From assembly GCA_037443725.1 (NCBI GenBank), contig JBBINU010000004.1, positions 239,451-303,450 of the forward strand: a stretch of 64,000 bases of DNA, read 5' to 3'. The translations under genes were made by a program, and so were the position numbers. Below, piece after piece: positions 27,326-34,339 of this stretch; within the stretch, counting starts at the first letter, position 1; each line of letters opens with the position of its first letter. Source of the DNA: Actinomycetota bacterium (GTDB taxonomy: Bacteria; Actinomycetota; JBBINU01). The notes under the pieces are model-generated. The model saw only the letters and a program-made list of their open reading frames with translations. It had not been told where the DNA came from and did not search any database.

Positions 27326-30106
27326 TCAGGGAGGGGAGGGAGAACCCGGCGGGCCCGCCGGCGCCGCGCCTCCCAAGCTCTCTCTTGCGCGCCGGACTGA
27401 ATCCACCATGGCGGCGAGTTCCTTCCCGAAGGTCCCCCAGTCCCCGGCCTTGAGAGCCTCCTCAGCCCTGGCCCAGTGCTCCATGGCCTCGCCCAGAAGC
27501 CCGCCCACATCACCTCCGGATACCGGCGGCTGCTTGGCCCCGCTCAGCAGGGCCTGAAGGGCACCGGGGAGGTCCGGGGCGGTGGCCACCCTGTCCCCCA
27601 GCACCACCATGACCCTCTTAAGCTCCGGTACAGCGGTGGTGTTGGACTCGAGATACCAGGGCTGGACCGTGAGAAGGGAGGATTTGACTGGGATCACCAG
27701 CACGTTTCCCTGGATGACATTGGAGCCCTGCTGACCCCAGAGGGTCCTCAGCTGGCTCACGACGGGGTCGGCGTTGATCAGCGCCACCGTCTGGGCCGGT
27801 CCGGTAATGCTCTTTTGCTTCGGGAAGACGAAGGAGACAAGCTCACCATAGTTGGGAGGGTCGGAGCGGGCTGCCATCCAAGCCACCATGTTTGGACGGT
27901 TCACTGGGTTGAAGACGCCCATAAGAAGGAATTCGGGCCTCTGCTCCCCCGGGAGGCGCATCACCACGTAGTAAGGGGGCATCTTCCCCTCGCCAGGATT
28001 CACCGGATTGGCAGGCACTTCCCAGGCGTCCTCCTTGGAGTAGAAGTCGGCGGCGCTCCCAATGTGGTACAGACCCCAGACCGCCATCTGCACCTTGAAC
28101 AGGTCTTCGGGATAGCGAAAGTGGGCCAAGAGTTCGGCGGGGGCCTCCTCCACCGGGGTGAAGAGGCCGGGAAAGGCCCGGGACCAGGCCTCCAGGATGG
28201 GGTCGGGGGGGCCCTTCCCGCCGAGTCCCCTGTCCACGCGGTACAGGGTGATGGTCCCGTCATACGCGTCGACTGCGGCCTTTATGGAGTTGCGCATGTA
28301 GTTGACGGGTCCGGCCGGCGTCTGGACCGGCTCCGAGTACGGAAAGTTCGCGCTAGTGGTGTAGGCGTCGAGGATCCAAACGATCCTCCCCCCGACCACC
28401 GCCACATAGGGGTCGGAATCGAGGGTGAGAAAGGGGGCGACCTTCTCGACCCGGTCCTCTACAGACCTGTACATCATGATCTTCGAGTCCGGGGTGAGGA
28501 GGTTCGAGATGAGGAGGTTCAGATCGGCGAAGCGCCAGGCGAAGAGGGTCCGAAGGAGCCTGGATGACAGGCGGATCCCTCCCTTCCCCGTGTATACGGT
28601 GGCCTCGAAGGTCTCTCCCCTGGGATAGTCAAGCTCCTTCTGGGCGCTACCGACCACCACGTACCTGGTTTGCCCCTCTATCCTGGCGCCGAAGTAGACC
28701 TGGGGAACCCTGAGGGCGAGGGCTGGGGAGCCCGCGGGAGGAATGTCCTTCACAATGAATTCCGGCTGGCCATCCGGGGTCACCCTGTCCACCCTAGTCG
28801 CCACCACTCCGAACCCGTGGGTGTACACGAGATGCTGGTTCACCCAGGTGCGGGCAGACTCAGGGATCTCGGCCTGGGCCATCTCCCTGGCCGAGATCAT
28901 GACCTGGCGGAGCCCCCCATCCATGACGTACCTGTCCACGTCCACGTCGGAGAAGTGGTAGTAGGGGCGGATCTGCTGGAGCTGGGAGAAGTTCTTCTTC
29001 AGCACCTCCGGGTCCCAGAGCCTGATGTTGCTCACGGTGGCTGACTCTTCGGCCAGGTCCTCGGCTCCAAGGCTTACCTCGGCGGGGAACTCCTTTACAG
29101 CCACACGTTCCAGGCCAAAGCCCCTCCTGGTCCACTCGATGTTCCTCTGGATGTACTCCCGCTCCGCCTGGGACTCCTGTGGGGCGACCCTGAACTTCTG
29201 GACGAAAGCGGGGTAGACACCCCGAACTCCCAGGGAGACCAGGAAGAGGAGGCCCACGCTCACCGCCGGGAGCACCCAGCCCCTGGCGAAGACAGCAACC
29301 AGTGCGAGGAGGGAGGAGACGAGGGCCACCAGGGTGAGCAGCCTCAGTCCGGGAAGAACGGCGTGAACGTCAGTATAGGAGGCCCCCGCCACCACGCCCC
29401 GGCTGGACCCGAGAAGCCCGAGCTGGTCGAGGTAGTACCCCCAGGCCTTGAGGGCTAGGAGAAGGGCGACGAGGACGAGAAGGTGCCTCCTGGCGCCGCT
29501 GCTCACCCTCGGGCCCCCGGGAGCCAGGCCGAGGCCCCCGTGGATGTAGTGCCCGAGCAGGGAGGTGGCCAGCGCAAGCAGAAGAGCGGCAAGGAGAAGG
29601 TCAAAAACGGACCGGGCAAAGGGGAGACCGAAGACGTAGGCACCGGCATCCTTCCCAAAAAGGGGATCCCTGACCCCAAAGGGAACGGAGTTCCTGAAAA
29701 GGAGGAAGAGGGGCCAGGTCCGGGAGAAGCTCAGGGCAGCCGAGAGCCCTGCCAGGGAAGCAACAGCGAGAAGACCGTACTTCCAGTACCTCACCACGGC
29801 CACCCTGTACCCCGGGAAGACCAGCTCCAGGGGGCGGAAGGGACGATAGGCGGGGGCGAGGGAGGAAGCCAGGACCCCGCTGCCCAGCACCGCACCGAAG
29901 ATCGCCACTCCGGCGGCGAGGCCGAGAAGGACCTCGGTCCGGAGGATCGTGAGCATCACCCCGGTTCTTCCCACCTCGCGGTACCAGAGGTAGTCGGTGA
30001 GGAAAATCGCGAGCCTCCCGCCAAGCCCGAGGAGGAGACCCAGTCCGAGCAGTCCAAGGAAGGCGCGGATCCCGAAGGCCCTCGCCCTTTCGTTCTCTCT
30101 CCTCAC
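27326..30106 (-). CDS. UPF0182-family large integral membrane protein
   Basis: The 926-aa product has seven or more N-terminal TM helices followed by a large extracytoplasmic domain containing the YTHGFGVV motif characteristic of UPF0182 proteins. Confidence 0.8.
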   Translation of the reverse strand: MRRENERARAFGIRAFLGLLGLGLLLGLGGRLAIFLTDYLWYREVGRTGVMLTILRTEVLLGLAAGVAIFGAVLGSGVLASSLAPAYRPFRPLELVFPGYRVAVVRYWKYGLLAVASLAGLSAALSFSRTWPLFLLFRNSVPFGVRDPLFGKDAGAYVFGLPFARSVFDLLLAALLLALATSLLGHYIHGGLGLAPGGPRVSSGARRHLLVLVALLLALKAWGYYLDQLGLLGSSRGVVAGASYTDVHAVLPGLRLLTLVALVSSLLALVAVFARGWVLPAVSVGLLFLVSLGVRGVYPAFVQKFRVAPQESQAEREYIQRNIEWTRRGFGLERVAVKEFPAEVSLGAEDLAEESATVSNIRLWDPEVLKKNFSQLQQIRPYYHFSDVDVDRYVMDGGLRQVMISAREMAQAEIPESARTWVNQHLVYTHGFGVVATRVDRVTPDGQPEFIVKDIPPAGSPALALRVPQVYFGARIEGQTRYVVVGSAQKELDYPRGETFEATVYTGKGGIRLSSRLLRTLFAWRFADLNLLISNLLTPDSKIMMYRSVEDRVEKVAPFLTLDSDPYVAVVGGRIVWILDAYTTSANFPYSEPVQTPAGPVNYMRNSIKAAVDAYDGTITLYRVDRGLGGKGPPDPILEAWSRAFPGLFTPVEEAPAELLAHFRYPEDLFKVQMAVWGLYHIGSAADFYSKEDAWEVPANPVNPGEGKMPPYYVVMRLPGEQRPEFLLMGVFNPVNRPNMVAWMAARSDPPNYGELVSFVFPKQKSITGPAQTVALINADPVVSQLRTLWGQQGSNVIQGNVLVIPVKSSLLTVQPWYLESNTTAVPELKRVMVVLGDRVATAPDLPGALQALLSGAKQPPVSGGDVGGLLGEAMEHWARAEEALKAGDWGTFGKELAAMVDSVRRARESLGGAAPAGPPGSPSPP

Positions 30107-30280
30107 CCTGGCCTCCCAAGAACCGCCCCACTATACCCTTCCGGCACCTCCAGGACTCGGGTGGGAGCCGGGACGGGCGAGGACTCGGCGAGGCGCCCGC
30201 AACGCCCCGCCAAGGGAGACCCTAGAGGGAAGAGGAACCCGCGCCCTCGGCTACCATCCTGGGCTGGAAAGGAGCCGCCC

Positions 30281-31690
30281 TCATCCTGAGGCCCGGAGAG
30301 CTGCAGGCACGGGGACCACCGAACACCTGCAGCCCGGATGCGCCGGGGGCGAATCGTGGCCCGAGGGAAAGGAGGCACCGGGAATCACGGAGCCCGCAGC
30401 GGCATTTGCCCGACAGGACTCTCCAGGACAGTCGTCCTCGTCAGCGAGGACCCAGACGACGGAAAGCCCCCGGGCTGCAGCCCCCGCGAGCACCCCCGCC
30501 GAGTACGCCCTCACCGCTGCGCCCTCGGCGAAGCGCGGGGCCCACTCCGTCCGGAGCCTCGAGAAGGCCTCCACGAGCTCCCCCTCAGTGGAGGCCCGCT
30601 GGACAGCGGTGCCGACCTCCCCCACGAAGGCGGCTGCCGCCCCCAGGGCCACTTCCTCCGCGTCTACCACTCCCGACCTAGCAGGCTCCCCTTCGCCAGC
30701 CTCCCCCGCCAGGTACCGGGCGTCCGTGGAGCCCACGCTGAAACCGAAGTAGAAACCCCCCGCCAGAGCGTCCTTAACCCTCTCAAGGGCCCCCCGGAGG
30801 GCCAGCATGCCTGAGGCCCCCGCTCTGAAGGATGAGAGATACAGTTCCTCCTCTCCCTGCAACGCCTTCACAACCCGTCTCAGCATCTCCTCACGGATGG
30901 CCTGGAGTCCCGCCTCCCGTAGGGAAAGGGGATCGGTGGCAAGGGACCCCACCGGGGAGGCCTCGCCCTCCACCGCTGGAGCCTCCTCCCCACCAGGCTT
31001 CGGCATGGCTGCCTCCCCACCGCCGGAGGCCACGGGTCGAGACTCAGCTGCGGCCGCCTCCTCGCCGCCGAAACTGGCCAGGGCCGGTTCCGACGCCAGG
31101 GTCTCGAGGGCGGGGGCGAGGACTGCCTGGGCCCGACGGACGGCCTCAACCAGCCGGCGGTGGACTCTGGCAAGGGCATCTGCCTCCCTCTGGAGCTGCT
31201 CCAGCCGGGATCTGGCCAATTCCACCTCCTCGCTAACCTTCTCGAGCTCCGCTCTGGCCTCCTCTTCTGCCCTCGCCCTGGCGCCCTCCAGGATGCTCTC
31301 CGCCTCCTGCCTGGCCTGAGCCAGAGTCCGGGCCGCCTCCTCCCGAGCCTCGGCCTGCACCTCCTCCGCGAGCCGTCTGGCTTCTTCCAGCAGGGCCTGG
31401 GAGGCGGCCTCGGCAGCCTCCAGAACCTGCCTCACCCGCTCCTCCTGCTCAGCTCTGATCCTGGCCTCGTGCTCCCTCTCGAGTTCTAGCGCCCTGTTCC
31501 TTGCCGATTCCATGGCGGCCGCCCTTATCCTGGCCGCCTCCTCCATCGCCCCGGCCAGGACGTTCTCGAGGGCGGCTCTCGCCCTCTCCGCCCACCCCGA
31601 CGTGGCCTCTTCCCTCTCTTCCCGCACTTCATTCACGGCTCTCACCCCCGCTCGCGGTTCCGCCACGCACCCCGGCATTGGAAAAATCAT
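30281..31690 (-). CDS. Coiled-coil protein with a C-terminal MuF/SPP1-gp7-like 4-Cys domain (paralog 1)
   Basis: A Glu/Ala/Arg-rich coiled-coil fills the N-terminal two-thirds. The C-terminus reads …WVLADEDDCPGESCRANAAAGSVIPGASFPSG…PPAHPGCRCSVVPV. An RBS GGGAGGGGGGG precedes the ATG. It is clearly paralogous to the next gene. Confidence 0.7.
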   Translation of the reverse strand: MIFPMPGCVAEPRAGVRAVNEVREEREEATSGWAERARAALENVLAGAMEEAARIRAAAMESARNRALELEREHEARIRAEQEERVRQVLEAAEAASQALLEEARRLAEEVQAEAREEAARTLAQARQEAESILEGARARAEEEARAELEKVSEEVELARSRLEQLQREADALARVHRRLVEAVRRAQAVLAPALETLASEPALASFGGEEAAAAESRPVASGGGEAAMPKPGGEEAPAVEGEASPVGSLATDPLSLREAGLQAIREEMLRRVVKALQGEEELYLSSFRAGASGMLALRGALERVKDALAGGFYFGFSVGSTDARYLAGEAGEGEPARSGVVDAEEVALGAAAAFVGEVGTAVQRASTEGELVEAFSRLRTEWAPRFAEGAAVRAYSAGVLAGAAARGLSVVWVLADEDDCPGESCRANAAAGSVIPGASFPSGHDSPPAHPGCRCSVVPVPAALRASG

Positions 31691-32966
31691 CCGTCTCCCC
31701 CCCTCCCACCCCCGGCGTGACGGGAAGCAGGGCGCAGCGGCATCCGGGGTGGGCCGGTGGACCCCAGGCTCCCGATGCGAACCTCACCCCCGGCGCGCGG
31801 GGGCCCTCCGCAGCGTTCGCCCGGCAGACCCCTCCCGGGCAGGACCCCTCTGTCCCTACCACCCAGACCAGCCCCATCCCCCTGCTCCACGCCTCCTCCA
31901 CAAAACCCGCGAAGTAGGCGGAGGAGGCGAGGTCCTGGCTCCAGGCAGGCAGGAGTCGGTGCCTCCCCCTCCGCATCGCCCGTATCATGCCGGGCTCTCC
32001 GGAAGGGCCCGTTGCCTCGAGGTCCTTCCTTATTTCCGCCATGAGCCGAGTAGAGGCTCCTAGCGCGAGCTCCCGTGCGGACGGGAGGGCGGGTGTCGGC
32101 AGCGCCCCCACCTTCCCGACCCCCGCCTCCTCGGCGAGGAAGGCGGCATCCTTTCCCCCCAGCCTCCTCGTCTCCTCCACAAGATCCAGAAGGCCCCAGG
32201 CGAACCTCTCCTCGGCCAGGCTATCCAATTGTCCTTGAAGCAGAGCCCTTTCCTCCTCGAGTCCCAAGAGCTCCCTGGATCTTCTCAGGATGTCTTCGCC
32301 CGCCCGGAACAGGCTCGAGTCCCGGAGAGCAAGCACCTCGGGAGGGCCCTGCCTCTCCGAAAAGGGAAGGCTCAGGGGAACCTCCCTTTCCGCCAGGAGA
32401 GTCCTTCCCGGAGGCCGTGGGAGACCCCCAACCTCGGCCATACCGGCCAACCCAGCCCGGGGCCCCTCCACGCCGAGAGCCTGACTCGCCTGCACCAACC
32501 TCGCCGCCAGCTCCGCCCTCGCCCCTTCCAGGCGCGAGACAGCCTCTTTAAGGCCCTCCGCCTTCAGCCTGAGCCGGGCGAGTTCCTCCTCTTCGGCGCT
32601 CCTCCTCCGGACCACCTCCTCCTCCACGTCACGCAGGAATTGGTGGGCTCTCTCCCTCGCCCTCGCCACCACTTCCTCCGCCTGCTTCCTCGCCGTCTCA
32701 AGAACCTCCCCGGCAGCCCGGAGGAGAGACCCCGCCCGCTCCCGAGCCTCCTCGAGCAGGCGCCTCGCCTGCTCCTCGGCCTCCCCCCGCCTCTTCCTCC
32801 CCTCCTCTTCGGCCTCGGCCAGAAGAGAGGAGGCCCGCTCCCGAGCCTCCTGAACAACCCGGGATGCCTCCTCCTCGGCCCTCCTCATCACCTGCTCCAG
32901 GGCGGAGGCCAGCTCGGACTCGGGCCCGGGGCCTTCAGCGGCAATCCCACCTTCAGCGGCAAACAC
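31629..32966 (-). CDS. Coiled-coil protein with a C-terminal MuF/SPP1-gp7-like 4-Cys domain (paralog 2)
   Basis: The N-terminus aligns with paralog 1 (ALEQVMRRAEEEASRVVQEA versus ALENVLAGAMEEAARIRAAA). The C-terminus reads …WVVGTEGSCPGGVCRANAAEGPRAPGVRFASG…PPAHPGCRCALLPV. The start is placed at the GTG 9 nt after GAGGG. The TTG at 32975 is also possible. Confidence 0.7.
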   Translation of the reverse strand: MFAAEGGIAAEGPGPESELASALEQVMRRAEEEASRVVQEARERASSLLAEAEEEGRKRRGEAEEQARRLLEEARERAGSLLRAAGEVLETARKQAEEVVARARERAHQFLRDVEEEVVRRRSAEEEELARLRLKAEGLKEAVSRLEGARAELAARLVQASQALGVEGPRAGLAGMAEVGGLPRPPGRTLLAEREVPLSLPFSERQGPPEVLALRDSSLFRAGEDILRRSRELLGLEEERALLQGQLDSLAEERFAWGLLDLVEETRRLGGKDAAFLAEEAGVGKVGALPTPALPSARELALGASTRLMAEIRKDLEATGPSGEPGMIRAMRRGRHRLLPAWSQDLASSAYFAGFVEEAWSRGMGLVWVVGTEGSCPGGVCRANAAEGPRAPGVRFASGAWGPPAHPGCRCALLPVTPGVGGGETDDFSNAGVRGGTASGGESRE

Positions 32967-33144
32967 AACGCACAACCCTCTTCTTCTTTTCTTCTATTCT
33001 TCTAAACCAGCCTCATCCCCATCATCTCGATCAAGAAGCTACTCCCTTATCGGAAGGGGGCAGCCCTTCTTTAGCCACCCTCGCGCCTGCCCCCCACGCC
33101 CGCCCTCTCCCTGGCCGCTTCTCCCTCCAGGGCAGGGATCACTT

Positions 33145-34332
33145 CTACCCCCAGGGGGAAGGACTTGGGGAGGGAGCTCCGCCAAGAAGACCGCCCACAG
33201 CCCCCAGGACCTCGCCGACCAGGTCCTCGAGCAGCCCAGGGGCGGGAGACGGCCCCGGAGAGGGCGCACCTCCCCCTCCACCGGCTCCCGAACCACCTCC
33301 CGCCTGCCCTCCCTCTCCACTGGCTCCCGGACTGCTCCCTCCCTCACCCCCCGCGCGGCTCCCGCCCCCGGCCTCCCCGGTTCGGCCTCGACCAGCCCCG
33401 GAGCGCCCGACCGACGGCCCTCCAGACGAAGGTGGCGGAGCCGCAAGAGTCCTGCCCCAGGAGGCCATGATGGAAGCCACCTCCCTCACCGCCTTCTCAG
33501 GGTCAACCCCGCTAGCCTGGACTACAAGACCCCAGGAAGCTCCGGCCCTTCGGAAGGAGAGAGCCTGGCTGAAGGAGCTCCTCGGGTCCCCCTTGGTGAG
33601 AGAGGCAATGACCCCGGCAATCACGAGCTCCGAAGGGAGCCCATCGAACCCGAAGGCCAGGTCCTTAAGGGCCTGGGGCGCAGCGGCCACGATGGCAGCG
33701 AGCCCGAGCCTCCCGACCCTGGAGTCGAACCCCCTCGCCAGGCTCTCCAGCTCCGGCCCGGCTTCAAGGGCCGGACCAAGGTACTTCCGGTCCCAGCGGT
33801 CGGAAGCCCTTAGCCTATAGGGCTCGGGCTGAAGCACCCGACCGGCCGTCGCCGCCGCCTGCCAGTAAGCCCGCACCACCACCTCGCCCCCCTCCGCTAG
33901 GGCCCCGACCTCGCCCGAGTAGCTGCCCACCCGCGTGCCAACCCCCACATCCATGCGGAAGACCCCCCTCCCCGTGGCCACCGCCTCCGGGCCCTCGACC
34001 CGGAAGGGCCGAGCCGCCTCTGCCAGGACCATTCCCCTCGCCAGGCGGACCTCCCCCCTTCCTACCTGGACCCTGGTTCCCGGACCGAGCTCCAGGCGGG
34101 CCGAAGCGAACTCCAGGACCGCCCAGGCACCTGGTGAGGCCTCCACCACCCACCCCGGCGGGACCGCCACCCTCCCCGAGACCGGCTCCAGCGCCCCGGC
34201 CCCGGCCCTCACTTTCCCCTCCAGGACCTCGAGGACCGCGCCTCCCTCGGGGCGCCCAGGAGAGCGACAACCTGGAAGGCCCGCCACCAGCACCAGGGAG
34301 AGAAGAAAGCCGAGGGGAGCCGGGGACCTCAT
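33145..34332 (-). CDS. FecR-domain-containing putative lipoprotein with a Gly/Ser/Ala/Pro-rich C-terminal tail
   Basis: A signal peptide with a lipobox-like LVAGLPGC is followed by a FecR-like beta-rich sensing domain (…GRVAVPPGWVVEASPGAWAVLEFASARLELGPGTRVQV…) and a roughly 90-aa low-complexity G/S/A/P tail. Its start lies 7 nt after the histidine-kinase stop. Confidence 0.65.
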   Translation of the reverse strand: MRSPAPLGFLLSLVLVAGLPGCRSPGRPEGGAVLEVLEGKVRAGAGALEPVSGRVAVPPGWVVEASPGAWAVLEFASARLELGPGTRVQVGRGEVRLARGMVLAEAARPFRVEGPEAVATGRGVFRMDVGVGTRVGSYSGEVGALAEGGEVVVRAYWQAAATAGRVLQPEPYRLRASDRWDRKYLGPALEAGPELESLARGFDSRVGRLGLAAIVAAAPQALKDLAFGFDGLPSELVIAGVIASLTKGDPRSSFSQALSFRRAGASWGLVVQASGVDPEKAVREVASIMASWGRTLAAPPPSSGGPSVGRSGAGRGRTGEAGGGSRAGGEGGSSPGASGEGGQAGGGSGAGGGGGAPSPGPSPAPGLLEDLVGEVLGAVGGLLGGAPSPSPSPWG

Positions 34333-34339
34333 GCCCGCC

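Noticed and set aside
30281-34332. A possible prophage or phage remnant, prompted by the MuF-like C-terminal domains.
   Set aside because: There is no integrase, terminase, portal, capsid, tail or lysis gene anywhere in the 64 kb. The MuF-like module is duplicated and fused to coiled-coils inside a chromosomal operon. The window's GC content and codon usage look uniform, giving no sign of an island. It is treated as a domesticated or novel module rather than a prophage.
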